Positions 1 to 9,681 of a DNA stretch of 64,000 nucleotides are shown piece by piece. Within the stretch, counting starts at the first letter, position 1. Each line of letters begins with the position of its first letter. The notes under the pieces are model-generated. The model had not been told where the DNA came from. It did not search any database and saw only the letters and a list, made by a program, of their open reading frames with translations. The DNA lies in contig CAWFKH010000006.1 in assembly GCA_963816355.1 (NCBI GenBank), positions 384,001-448,000 of the forward strand. Direction: 5' to 3'. The translations under genes were made by a program, and so were the position numbers. The stretch is from an uncultured Gemmatimonadales bacterium (GTDB lineage: Bacteria > Gemmatimonadota > Gemmatimonadetes > Longimicrobiales > RSA9).

Positions 1-41
1 CACGAAAGACCGTGCGATCCGGATCGGAAATCGAGAGGCAG

Positions 42-704
42 GTGACCGTGACTCCCCGAACCCCGCTCGTGCCGCTGCTGCTGCTCGCCTGCGCCGCTCC
101 ACTCGCCGCGCAGGCGCCCGCCACGCCGGACGCGAGCCGACCCGCGGCGCAGGCGGCCGCAGCGCTCGACGACCTGCGGCTCCGTCCGGGCGATGGGCTG
201 CGCATTGCCGTCCGCGACGAGCCTTCCCTCACCGGTGAGTTCCCCGTCACGCAGGCGGGCGACGCGCTGTTGCCGGAGATCGGCATCGTGCACGTCGCCG
301 GGCGGCCGTTCGCCGACGTCGAGACCGAGATCCGCGCGAAGTACGCCCGCCTGCTGGTCGACCCGCAGGTCGTGATCGTGCCGCTGGCGCGCGTCGCCGT
401 CCTCGGGGAAGTGCGGCGGCCGGGGCTCTTCCCGGTCGACCCGACGCAGACGATCGCCGATGTCCTCGCCTCCGCCGGCGGCCTCACGCCGACCGGCAAT
501 CCGGGCAAGATCATGCTCCTGCGCGACGGCGACGAGCGGCGTATCCGGCTCGACCCCGACGAGCCCGCGCTGGGCCGCGCGCTGCACTCGGGCGATCAGA
601 TCCTCGTCGCGCAGCGAAGCTGGATGCGCGAGAACATGCCGGTCCTCGTCGGGGCCGCGGCGTCCGTCCTCGCCGCGGCGGTCACCACACTGATCGTGCG
701 CTGA
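42..704 (+). CDS. wza: Polysaccharide export protein (Poly_export + SLBB, Wza-like)
   Basis: Signal peptide, LRPGD..I.V Poly_export motif, V.VLGEVRRPG SLBB motif. Start uncertain (GTG at 12, 42 or 48). Confidence 0.85.
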   Translation: MTVTPRTPLVPLLLLACAAPLAAQAPATPDASRPAAQAAAALDDLRLRPGDGLRIAVRDEPSLTGEFPVTQAGDALLPEIGIVHVAGRPFADVETEIRAKYARLLVDPQVVIVPLARVAVLGEVRRPGLFPVDPTQTIADVLASAGGLTPTGNPGKIMLLRDGDERRIRLDPDEPALGRALHSGDQILVAQRSWMRENMPVLVGAAASVLAAAVTTLIVR

Positions 705-713
705 GGGAGTCGC

Positions 714-2777
714 ATGACCGAACCGACCATCCAGCCGCACGGCACCGTGAGCGCCTGGCTGCGGCTCGCCCGGCGCCGCCGTCGCGTCGGCCTCACGATC
801 TTCGCCATCGTCGCGGGCCTGGCAGGCGCGCTCGTCTTCCTCACGCGCCCGATCTGGCGCGCGGAGGCGTCGCTCCGCCTCGGCGCCCCCGCGAACCTGG
901 GCGGACTGCCGCTCGGCGGCTCGAAGGAATCGCCGATCGGCCTCTTCAGCCTTTTCCAGCAGATCACCGGCGACCCGTTCGCCAACGAGCTCGAGCTACT
1001 GTCGAGCCGCACCGTGGTCGAGGGCGTGGTCGCGGACAACGCGCTCAATGTGGCCGTCCACGCGCCCCGCGGCTGGTACCGCGATTCGCTCTTCACCGCG
1101 CTCGACGCGGGCCGCGCCACCCGGAAGGCGACCTTCGAGATCGAGTGGCGAGGCGACGGCCGCGTTCACGTCCGCCGCACCGCGCCGACCGAGGCGGATG
1201 CGGGGAGCTTCGCGCCTGGCGCCGACGCGCGCTTCGGCGATGTGCACGCCGTCTTCCAGCCGTGGCGGGACGGGATGCCCCGCTCCATCGAGATGAGCAC
1301 CTATCCGTTCCCCGACGCCGTGCGGCGGATGCGCACCCGCGTACGCGCGGAACGCGAGCGTCGCGAGGCGAACCTCGTCGCGCTGCGCTTCGACGACGAC
1401 GATCCCGGCCTCGCGCTGCGCGTGATCGCCTCCGCCGTCCAGCGCTACACCGCGCTGCGCTCCGCGCTCGATCGGCGCGAGAGCGGCGAGACGGTCGATT
1501 CGCTCGACGTCCTCGCGAACCGGACGTTCGGCGAGCTGACGGCGGCGGAGAACGACCTCGAGCACTTCGAGCGCGAGAACCGGCTCGTCGCGCCGGACGC
1601 CCAGAGCGAGGCGTTCGTGAAGCGGCAGTCGGCCGTGGCGGCGGACCTGGCGACGGCGCGCTCCGAGCTGCACGGCGTCGAGGACGTCATCCAGCGCATC
1701 GACACGGTGTCCGACCCGGGCGCGGCGTGGCCCGGCCTCGTCGCGCATCCGACGTTCCTCGACAACGAGACGCTCGGCAACATGCTGTCCTCCCTGATCG
1801 CGCTGCAGCAGCAGCGCATCGAGCTGGCGTCGCGGCGCACGGAGAACAGCCGGCCGCTGCAGGCGCTGGACCGGCAGATCGCCTACCTGGACGGCTCGCT
1901 GCGCGCCCTCGTCCACCAGTACCGCGGCGCGGTGGCGCAGCAGGTCGCGCAGCTCGAAGCGCAGTGGAACGAGCTGGACTCCGTCCTCGCGGCGGCGCCC
2001 GCGGCCGAGATCGAGCTGGGCCGGCGCGAGCGGCACCTGCGCCAGCTCTCGGAGATCTACCTGTTCACCGATCAGCGACGCCGCCAGGAGGCGCTCCGCA
2101 ACGCCGTCTCCTTCGCCAGCGTACAGCTCGTGGACCCCGCCGCGATCCGCTTCAAGCCGGTGTGGCCCAGGAAGAAGCTCGGCCTCGGCATCGGCCTCAT
2201 CCTGGCGATGGGCAGCTCGCTGCTCGGCATGGTCGTCGTCGAGCGCGCCGACCGCTCCGTCCGCACCGCGTCCGATCTCGCGGCCCTCGTCGGAGCGCCG
2301 GTCGCCGCCACGCTCGCCGCCGCCGCCGCGGACCGCGTCGAGCTGAGCGCCGCCGAGCGCCGGGCGCTGCTGCGGCGGGCGTCGGTCGACGGCGGCGTCC
2401 GCACGCTCGTGCTCGCGCCGATCGGCGACGCCCAGCCTGCCGTCGAGGCGATCGCAGCCGCGCTCGTCGCGCCGCCGCCGCGGCCGGATCCGGGGAAGGC
2501 GGAGCGAGGCGACGGCGCATCGACGAGGGATCCGGCGCGCCTGCCCGTCCGCGTCCCGGTGGAGACGGCGCCCGCGCTCGCGCGCTACGCGGCGGCCGCC
2601 GAGGTCGCGACCGCGGCGGAGCAGGGAGGCGTCGTCCTGCTGGTGGCGCGGCAGGGGAAGACGCGGCGCGAAGAGGCGGTGCGCGCCGGCGCGCTGCTGC
2701 GGCAGGCGGGCGTCTGCGTCGACGGCGTCGTGCTCTGGTGCGACGACGCTCGCGGGCTGGAGGAGGCATGGGCGTAG
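714..2777 (+). CDS. Polysaccharide co-polymerase / chain-length determinant (Wzc/GumC-like) with degenerate kinase region
   Basis: Two TM segments flank a coiled-coil periplasmic region; VDPA..PVWP motif. No Walker A and no Tyr cluster. Confidence 0.85.
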   Translation: MTEPTIQPHGTVSAWLRLARRRRRVGLTIFAIVAGLAGALVFLTRPIWRAEASLRLGAPANLGGLPLGGSKESPIGLFSLFQQITGDPFANELELLSSRTVVEGVVADNALNVAVHAPRGWYRDSLFTALDAGRATRKATFEIEWRGDGRVHVRRTAPTEADAGSFAPGADARFGDVHAVFQPWRDGMPRSIEMSTYPFPDAVRRMRTRVRAERERREANLVALRFDDDDPGLALRVIASAVQRYTALRSALDRRESGETVDSLDVLANRTFGELTAAENDLEHFERENRLVAPDAQSEAFVKRQSAVAADLATARSELHGVEDVIQRIDTVSDPGAAWPGLVAHPTFLDNETLGNMLSSLIALQQQRIELASRRTENSRPLQALDRQIAYLDGSLRALVHQYRGAVAQQVAQLEAQWNELDSVLAAAPAAEIELGRRERHLRQLSEIYLFTDQRRRQEALRNAVSFASVQLVDPAAIRFKPVWPRKKLGLGIGLILAMGSSLLGMVVVERADRSVRTASDLAALVGAPVAATLAAAAADRVELSAAERRALLRRASVDGGVRTLVLAPIGDAQPAVEAIAAALVAPPPRPDPGKAERGDGASTRDPARLPVRVPVETAPALARYAAAAEVATAAEQGGVVLLVARQGKTRREEAVRAGALLRQAGVCVDGVVLWCDDARGLEEAWA

Positions 2778-3424
2778 CCGCCCGCGCGCCGCGCGCCCGG
2801 CCGTCACCCGTGGCCGAGCCGCCAGCGCGCCTCCGCCGCGCCGTCGACATCGCCGCGGCGTCGCTGCTGCTCGCGCTGGCGGCGCCGCTCCTGCTGCTCG
2901 GCGCCGCGGTCGTGCTCGTCGCCTCCGGACGGCCCCTGCTGTTCGGTCACCTGCGGCTCGGCCAGAACGGCCGCGAGTTCCGCTGCTGGAAGCTGAGGAC
3001 GATGAAGAACGGCGCGGAGCGCTGGCTGATCGCGGATCCCGAGCTGCGCCGCCGCCACGCCGCCAACGGTTTCAAGCTGCCGCTGCGCGAGGATCCGAGG
3101 GTGAGCGCCGGCGGCCGCTGGCTGCGGCGCACCTACATCGACGAGCTGCCGCAGCTCTTCAACGTGCTCAACGGCACGATGTCGATCTTCGGCCCGCGGC
3201 CGATCGTGCCCGACGAGCTCTCCAACTACGGCGACGACGCCGCCGAGCTGCTCCGCCTCAAGCCCGGTCTGCTCGGGGAGTGGACCAGCCGCGGCCGCGA
3301 CAGGCCGCCGTATCCGGAGCGGACGCGCCTCGAGCTCGCCTACGTGCGCGACCGCACCGTCGCGCGTGACCTCCGCATCCTCGCCCGCTCCATCCCCGCG
3401 CTCCTCCGCGGGCAGGCGGAGTAG
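2768..3424 (+). CDS. Priming sugar transferase (Bac_transf, WcaJ/WbaP C-terminal type)
   Basis: C-terminal part of ORF 1145..3424: RLGQNGREF..WKLRTM, DPRV, IDELPQLFNVLNGTMS..GPRP. ATG 2768 follows AGGAGG. Confidence 0.9.
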   Translation: MGVAARAPRARPSPVAEPPARLRRAVDIAAASLLLALAAPLLLLGAAVVLVASGRPLLFGHLRLGQNGREFRCWKLRTMKNGAERWLIADPELRRRHAANGFKLPLREDPRVSAGGRWLRRTYIDELPQLFNVLNGTMSIFGPRPIVPDELSNYGDDAAELLRLKPGLLGEWTSRGRDRPPYPERTRLELAYVRDRTVARDLRILARSIPALLRGQAE

Positions 3425-3426
3425 CC

Positions 3427-4884
3427 GTGGATGCCCCCGCGCCGCGCGCGCCGCGCGTCAGCGCCAACGCGGCCGCGCTGCTGCTCGCCTACGTGCTGCC
3501 GCGCGCGTTCACCTTCGCCGCCGGCATCGCCGCCGCCCGCGTGCTCGGCCCCGCCGGCTACGGCGCCTACGGCACCGCCGCCGCGATCGCCGTCGTCGCG
3601 AGCATCCTCGCCACGCTGGGCATGCAGCCGCTGCTGGTGCGCGGCATCGCGCGCGACCCCGGCGCGGCGCCCGCGCTGATCGGCGCCGCGCACGCCGCCA
3701 AGCTGCTCACGATCCTGGCGATGGCCGCGGCGCTTCTGCTCACCGCGCCCGCGCTCGGTCTGGATGCGGGCGTCGCCGCGGCCGCGCTGCTGCTCGGCGG
3801 CGCGTACGGCATCGGCGCCGTCGTCGAGAACCTGTCGGCGTACTTCCAGGGCGTCGAGCGCATGCACGTGTGGACGCAGGCCAGCGCGCTCTACGGCCTG
3901 GTCGCGGGCGTGCTCGGCGTGATCCTCGTCGTCGCCACGCGGGACCTGCTCTGGTTCTGCGTCGCACCGATCGCGGGCCAGCTCACGGCGCTCGCCTGGC
4001 TGCTTCGCCGCGCCCCCGCCGCGGTACGCCGGCCGCCCCGGCCGCGCGCCGCCGACGTCGCCGCCCTCTTCCGCTCGCTCGCGCCCTTCGCGGCCGCGTT
4101 CGTCGCCACGACCATCTACTACCGGGCCGACATCCTCATCCTCGCCCACTGGCGGTCCGCTTCGGAGGTCGGCCTCTACACCGCCGCCCGCCGCTTCCTC
4201 GACATCGCACAGGCGGTCGCGCTCGCCGGCGCCGGCGCCCTCTACCCGCGGCTCGCACGGCAGGGGCCAGGGCCGGCGCGCGCCACGCGTAACGCGCTCG
4301 AGCTCGCGCTGCTCGCCGGCGTCCCCGCGGCCGCGCTGCTGACGCTGCTGCGCGCTCCGATCATCCACACCCTCTACGGTGCCGGCTACGGCGCCTCGGT
4401 GCCGGTCCTCGCCGTGCTCGCGCCGGCGCTCGCGCCGCTCGCCATCAACATGTTCGGCCTTTCCGCTCTCACCGCGGCGGGCGACGCCGGCGCCGCCGCC
4501 CGCCTCTGCATCGGCGCGGCCGCGCTCAACGTGCTGCTGAACCTCGCACTCGTCCCGGGGCTCGGCGCCGCGGGCGCGGCCGCCGCTTCGCTCGGTTCCG
4601 AGACCGCCCTCGCCGCCGCGTTCCTCCTCACGCTCGCGGCGCGCGGCGCCGCGCCGTCGGGCGCGGCGGTCCGGGCGACCGTCCGAGCCGGCGCGCTCGC
4701 CTTTGTCTTCGCCGCGGCAGCGCCGTGGCTGCGGCTCGCCGCGGCACCGGCCTACGCGCTCACCGTGGTCGCCGTGTACTGGCAGGCGGGACTGCTGTGG
4801 CGCGAGCGGAAGAGCGCCGCGCCGAGCGCCGCCGCCTCCGAGGGGGGAACCGCGTCCGACGCGGGAACGCCGGAGGCAGCGTGA
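3427..4884 (+). CDS. wzx: Polysaccharide flippase (Wzx, MOP family)
   Basis: Many TM helices, ARVLGPAGYG and EVGLYTAA motifs, EPS context. Confidence 0.85.
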   Translation: MDAPAPRAPRVSANAAALLLAYVLPRAFTFAAGIAAARVLGPAGYGAYGTAAAIAVVASILATLGMQPLLVRGIARDPGAAPALIGAAHAAKLLTILAMAAALLLTAPALGLDAGVAAAALLLGGAYGIGAVVENLSAYFQGVERMHVWTQASALYGLVAGVLGVILVVATRDLLWFCVAPIAGQLTALAWLLRRAPAAVRRPPRPRAADVAALFRSLAPFAAAFVATTIYYRADILILAHWRSASEVGLYTAARRFLDIAQAVALAGAGALYPRLARQGPGPARATRNALELALLAGVPAAALLTLLRAPIIHTLYGAGYGASVPVLAVLAPALAPLAINMFGLSALTAAGDAGAAARLCIGAAALNVLLNLALVPGLGAAGAAAASLGSETALAAAFLLTLAARGAAPSGAAVRATVRAGALAFVFAAAAPWLRLAAAPAYALTVVAVYWQAGLLWRERKSAAPSAAASEGGTASDAGTPEAA

Positions 4885-5993
4885 GGGTCGTCTACGTCTC
4901 GAAGGCGCTCACGGTCGCGGCGTATCGCGGCAAGGTGGAGGCGCTCGCCCGCGAGGTCGACGTCACCGCTGTCGTGCCAGAGCGCTGGGGTCGCGCGACG
5001 GTCGAGGGTGCGGGCGCCCGCCTCGAACGACTGCCGGCGTGGCTACACGGCCACAACCACTTCCACTTCTATCGCGGCGCCGGCGCGCTCCTCGACCGCC
5101 TCCGGCCGGACCTCGTCCACATCGACGAGGAGCCCTTCAGCGTGGTCACGCTGCAGATCGCGCGTCTGTGCCGCGCGCGCGCCATCCCCTGCCTCTTCTT
5201 CGCCTGGCAGAACCTGCCGAAGCGGCTGCCTCCGCCGTTCCGGGCGCTGCGCGAGCGCGTCTTCGCCCACGTCGTGGGCGGCATCGCCGGCACGCCCGCC
5301 GCCGCGCGCGTGCTGCGGCGCGGGGGCTTTCGCGGGCCGCTCGCCGTGATCCCGCAGTTCGGCGTGGATCCGGAGCGCTTCGCCCCGGACGCCGGAGCCC
5401 GCCTCCGGGTGCGGCGGCGCATGGGGCTGCCGGAGGATGCCTTCGTCGCCGGCTTCGCCGGCCGGCTGGTGGCCGAGAAAGGCGTGGAACACCTCGTCGC
5501 CGCGCTCGCGGCGGTGCCGGAGGCGTACCTGCTCGTGATCGGCGACGGTCCGCGTCGCGCGGCGCTGGAGCGCCTGGCGGACCGCCTCCTGCCCGGCGTG
5601 CGCGCGCGCTTCGCCGGCGGCGTCCCGTCGCTCGACATGGCGGCGTGGCTGAACGCGCTCGACGTGCTGGCTCTGCCCTCGCTCACGACGCCCGGCTGGT
5701 CCGAGCAGTTCGGGCGCGTCCTCGTCGAGGCGATGGCGTGCGGCGTTCCCCTCGTCGCGTCGCGCTCCGGCGAGATCCCGCACGTCGTCGGAGACGTGGG
5801 CGTGCTCGTCCCGGAAGCCGACGTCGCCGCGCTCGCCGCTGCGCTCGCCGGCCTCGCCGCCGCGCCGGCACGGCGCGCGGAGCTCGGCCGTCTCGGGCGG
5901 CGACGCGTCCTCGACCGCTTCACGCACCAGCGGATCGCCGATCGGACGGCGGCGTTCTACCGCTCGCTCTCGCTGCCCGCGGTGCCGGCGTGA
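4881..5993 (+). CDS. Glycosyltransferase family 4
   Basis: GRLVAEKG and EQFGRVLVEAMACG motifs. GTG start overlaps the upstream stop. Confidence 0.9.
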   Translation: MRVVYVSKALTVAAYRGKVEALAREVDVTAVVPERWGRATVEGAGARLERLPAWLHGHNHFHFYRGAGALLDRLRPDLVHIDEEPFSVVTLQIARLCRARAIPCLFFAWQNLPKRLPPPFRALRERVFAHVVGGIAGTPAAARVLRRGGFRGPLAVIPQFGVDPERFAPDAGARLRVRRRMGLPEDAFVAGFAGRLVAEKGVEHLVAALAAVPEAYLLVIGDGPRRAALERLADRLLPGVRARFAGGVPSLDMAAWLNALDVLALPSLTTPGWSEQFGRVLVEAMACGVPLVASRSGEIPHVVGDVGVLVPEADVAALAAALAGLAAAPARRAELGRLGRRRVLDRFTHQRIADRTAAFYRSLSLPAVPA

Positions 5994-7366
5994 TGGCGCG
6001 GGTCCGCGCGGCGGTCCACTCCGACGCCCTCGTCGCCGGCTTCGCCGCCGCGCTCCTCGGGGCGGGCGCCGTTTTGGGCCTCGCCGGCGCCGCGCGCGGA
6101 GACCTGCTCTTCGGCGCCGCGGGCGGCATCGCCGTCGAGGCGGCGGTCGTCGCCCTCATCGCGGCCGGCTTCATCGACGGCGCGCTCGCCGTCGCGATCG
6201 CCGCGCCGCTCCCGGCCGTCTACGACGCCGGCGGCGTGCGCATCGCGGCGGTGGCTCCGATCGCCGCGGGCGCGGTGTTCGGCTGGGTGCTCCGCCACGG
6301 CGCCGACCGCCGCCCCGCGCACCACGGCGCCCTGCCGGTGCGCGCGCTCGCCGCGATCCTCGCCGCGTTCCTCCTCGCCACCGTGGCCGGAGCGAGTATC
6401 GGCGACTCGCTGCGGGAGACGCTCAACTTCGCCGTCGTCGCCGCCTTCCTCGTCGTCGCGACCGACGAGCTCTCGCGCCGCCGCCGCGCGGTCCCGGTCG
6501 TGGCGAGCGTCGTCGTCGCCGCGGGCGCAGCGTGCGGGGTGCTCGCGGTGCTCGAGATGGTCGGGGTGATCCCGGGCCAGTTCCCGCGCTGGGGGACGCC
6601 GTTCCACCGCGCGGCGCTCGGCTTCGGCCAGCCGAACGGCCTCGGCCTCTTCTTCGCGGCGGTCCTCCCGCTCGCGGCGCACCGCGTCTCCGCCACCCGC
6701 GGCCCCGCCCGCGCCGTGGCCGCTCTCGCGCTCGCCGCCACCGGCCTCGGCCTCGTCGCCACCTTCTCGCGGGCCGCGTGGATCGCCGTCCTGCTCGGGC
6801 CGCTCGCGCTCGCGCTCGCCGGCGAGCGCCGCCTCGCCGTCCGCCTCCTCCTCGGCGGCATCGCCGCGGTGGTCCTCGTCGACGTCTTCTCCGGCGGCCT
6901 CGTCCGCGACACCGTGCAGCGAACGATCGGCGACTGGGTGATCGAGCAGCGCGCCGCGCTCTTCCTGACCGGCGTCAGCATGTTCGCCGCGCACCCGATC
7001 CTCGGCGTGGGACCGGGCGGCTTCGCCGACCAGATCGGCCGCTACGGCGCCCAGATCACGCAGCTCTGGGATTACCAGCCGACGCCGCACAACGCCTACG
7101 TCCAGATGGCGGCGGAGACCGGCATCGTCGGGCTCGTCGCCTTCGTCGTCTTCCTGGCGCTCGTGCTGCGCGCGCTGGTGCGCGGCGCACGCGACGCGGA
7201 GGCGGCGCCGGACGTGCGCCGCTTCCGCCTCGCCGCGCTGTGGTCGTTCGCCACGATCTGCATCGCGTCGGGCGGCACGTGGCCCTTCGCGCACGGCACC
7301 GGCGAGGTCGTGGCGCTGGTGCTGGCGTTGGGTCTCGCGCGCTCCCCGGAGACGGCGGCGCCGTGA
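5993..7366 (+). CDS. O-antigen ligase/polymerase family protein (Wzy-like)
   Basis: Multi-TM, TFSRAAW, HPILGVGPG and PHNAYVQ..AETGIVG Wzy_C motifs. C-terminal part of ORF 4703..7366. Confidence 0.85.
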   Translation: MARVRAAVHSDALVAGFAAALLGAGAVLGLAGAARGDLLFGAAGGIAVEAAVVALIAAGFIDGALAVAIAAPLPAVYDAGGVRIAAVAPIAAGAVFGWVLRHGADRRPAHHGALPVRALAAILAAFLLATVAGASIGDSLRETLNFAVVAAFLVVATDELSRRRRAVPVVASVVVAAGAACGVLAVLEMVGVIPGQFPRWGTPFHRAALGFGQPNGLGLFFAAVLPLAAHRVSATRGPARAVAALALAATGLGLVATFSRAAWIAVLLGPLALALAGERRLAVRLLLGGIAAVVLVDVFSGGLVRDTVQRTIGDWVIEQRAALFLTGVSMFAAHPILGVGPGGFADQIGRYGAQITQLWDYQPTPHNAYVQMAAETGIVGLVAFVVFLALVLRALVRGARDAEAAPDVRRFRLAALWSFATICIASGGTWPFAHGTGEVVALVLALGLARSPETAAP

Positions 7367-8496
7367 GGATCGGCATCAACGGCCGCTTCCTGGCGGCGCC
7401 GCTCACCGGCGTGCAGCGCTTCGCCGTCGAGGTCGCCTCGCGCATTACAGGCGACGACGTCGTCCTCCTCCTGCCCGGCGGCGTCGAGCTGCCCGCGGCC
7501 GTGCCCGCTCGCGCGCACGTCGTGCGCGGCCGCCTGCCGGGACACGCCTGGGAGCAGCTCGAGCTCCCCGCCGCGGCGCGCCGCGCCGGCTGCCGCGCCG
7601 TGCTCCACCTGGCCGGCACCGCGCCGCTTCGCTCCGACGGCGCCGTCCTCGCGATTCACGACGTCCTCCCGCTCACGCGGCCGGAATGGTTCGGGCGCCG
7701 CTTCCGCGCCTGGAGGCGCACCGTGCTGCGCGCCGCCGCGCCGCGCGCCGCGGCCGTGATCACCGTCACGGAATGGGCCCGCGAGGAGATCGTCCGCACG
7801 CTGGGCGTGGACCGCGACCGCGTCCACGTCGTGCCGCAGGGGATCGAGCCTTTCGACGCCCCCGCGTCGATCGCGGAGGTCACCGCGATGCGCCGCCGCC
7901 GCGGGCTGCCGGCTCCGTTCCTGCTCGCCGTCGGCGCCGGCGACCCGCGCAAGAACCTCGCGTTCCTTCACGGCGTGCTCGCGCGCTGGCCGTCCGATCC
8001 GCCGCCGCCGCTGGTGGTCGTCGGCGCCGCGCCGCGGCGCGTGCACGGCAGCGCTGACGGCCGGCCGGGCCGCGACGCCGGGGCCGGCGACACGGCTGCC
8101 GGATCCGGCGAGACCTCCCGCCGGGCCCGCGACGTGCGCTACATCGGGCGCGTCGACGACGACGAGCTGCGCGCGCTCTACACCGCCGCCTCCGCCCTCT
8201 GCTTCCCCTCGCGCGCCGAGGGGTTCGGACGGCCCCCGCTGGAGGCGCTCGGCTGCGGCACGCCCGCCCTCGCCGCCGACTATGGCGCCGCCCGCGAGGC
8301 GTTCGGCGACGCCGTGCCGCTGCTGCCGCTCGATCCGGACGCGTGGGTGCACGCCCTGCATCCGCTCGTGTGCGACGGCGCCGCCCGCGCCGACGCGGTC
8401 GAGCGCGCGCGGCACGGTGTGCGGATCGCGCGCTGGGAGGAGACGGCGGCGCGCGTGGAGGCGGTGTGCCGCGCCGCGGCCGAGGCGGCGGCGTGA
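7363..8496 (+). CDS. Glycosyltransferase family 4 (MtfB/WbpX-like)
   Basis: INGRFL..TGVQR, PRKN, EGFGRPPLEALGCG. Confidence 0.9.
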   Translation: MRIGINGRFLAAPLTGVQRFAVEVASRITGDDVVLLLPGGVELPAAVPARAHVVRGRLPGHAWEQLELPAAARRAGCRAVLHLAGTAPLRSDGAVLAIHDVLPLTRPEWFGRRFRAWRRTVLRAAAPRAAAVITVTEWAREEIVRTLGVDRDRVHVVPQGIEPFDAPASIAEVTAMRRRRGLPAPFLLAVGAGDPRKNLAFLHGVLARWPSDPPPPLVVVGAAPRRVHGSADGRPGRDAGAGDTAAGSGETSRRARDVRYIGRVDDDELRALYTAASALCFPSRAEGFGRPPLEALGCGTPALAADYGAAREAFGDAVPLLPLDPDAWVHALHPLVCDGAARADAVERARHGVRIARWEETAARVEAVCRAAAEAAA

Positions 8497-9677
8497 GCGG
8501 GGGCGCGCGGATTTCCGGCCGCGTCGCCATCGTGCACGACTGGCTGACCGCGATGCGGGGTGGCGAGCGCGTGCTCGAGGCGATGCTCGACGTGCTGCCG
8601 GACGCCGAGATCTTCACGCTCGTGCACGCATCCGGAAGCGTGTCCGCGCGCATCGAGGCGCGTCCGATCCACACCTCGTTCCTGCAGCGCGCGCCCGGCG
8701 CACCCGCGGCCCACCGCCGCTACCTGCCGCTGTTCCCGCTCGCGGTCGCGGCGTTCGACCTGAGCGGTTTCGACCTCGTCGTGTCGAGCAGCCACTGCGC
8801 GGCGAAGGCGGCGCCGGCGCGCGGCGCGCCGCACCTCTGCTACTGCCACACGCCCGTGCGCTACGCGTGGGATCAGTTCGACGCCTATTTCGCGCCGGAC
8901 GCGCGCGGCCGCATCGCGCGCGCGGCGGCCCGCCCCGGTGCCGCGCTCCTGCGCCGCTGGGACGCCGCGACGGCGGGCGGCGTGGACCGCTTCGTCGCGA
9001 ACTCCCACCACGTCCGCGGCCGCATCCAGCGCTGCTACGGCCGCCGCGCCGACGTGCTCTATCCGCCCGTCGATTGCGACCGCTTCGCGGCGCCCCGCGC
9101 GCCTGAGGACTTCCACCTTGTCCTCGGCGCGCTCGTCCCCTACAAGCGCGTCGACCTCGCCGTGCAGGCGTTCGCCCGCCTCGGCCGGCGCCTCGTCGTC
9201 GCCGGCGAGGGCCCCGAGCTGGACCGCCTGCGCCGCGACGCGCCTGCCAACATCGAGTTCCTCGGGCGCGTCGGGGACGACGACGTCGTCGATCTGCTCG
9301 CCCGCTGCCGCGCCCTCGTCTTTCCCGGCGTCGAGGACTTCGGGCTTACCGCCGTCGAGGCGCAGGCGGCGGGGGCGCCGGTCGTCGCGCGCGCCGCGGG
9401 CGGGGCGCTCGAGTCGGTGGCGGGGCCGATCGTCGACGCGAACGGGCGCGTGCTCTCCCGCGTCAGCGGCGAGCCGGCGACGGGCGTCTTCTTCCACGAT
9501 GCATCCGTCGACGCGCTGATCGCCGCCGTCCGGCTCGCGGACGCGACGCGTTTCGACGCCGCCGCGCTGCGCCGCCGCGCGCAGCGCTTCGACGTCGCCG
9601 CTTTCCACCGCGGCTTCCGCGCCCAGCTCGAGCGCCTGACGTCCGGCGTGGCGCGGACCGCCTCGCGGCCGGCCTGA
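8493..9677 (+). CDS. Glycosyltransferase family 4 (WbaZ-like)
   Basis: VAIVHDWLT..GGERV, YCHTP.RYAWD, EDFGLTAVEAQAAG. Confidence 0.9.
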   Translation: MSGGARISGRVAIVHDWLTAMRGGERVLEAMLDVLPDAEIFTLVHASGSVSARIEARPIHTSFLQRAPGAPAAHRRYLPLFPLAVAAFDLSGFDLVVSSSHCAAKAAPARGAPHLCYCHTPVRYAWDQFDAYFAPDARGRIARAAARPGAALLRRWDAATAGGVDRFVANSHHVRGRIQRCYGRRADVLYPPVDCDRFAAPRAPEDFHLVLGALVPYKRVDLAVQAFARLGRRLVVAGEGPELDRLRRDAPANIEFLGRVGDDDVVDLLARCRALVFPGVEDFGLTAVEAQAAGAPVVARAAGGALESVAGPIVDANGRVLSRVSGEPATGVFFHDASVDALIAAVRLADATRFDAAALRRRAQRFDVAAFHRGFRAQLERLTSGVARTASRPA

Positions 9678-9681
9678 TCCG

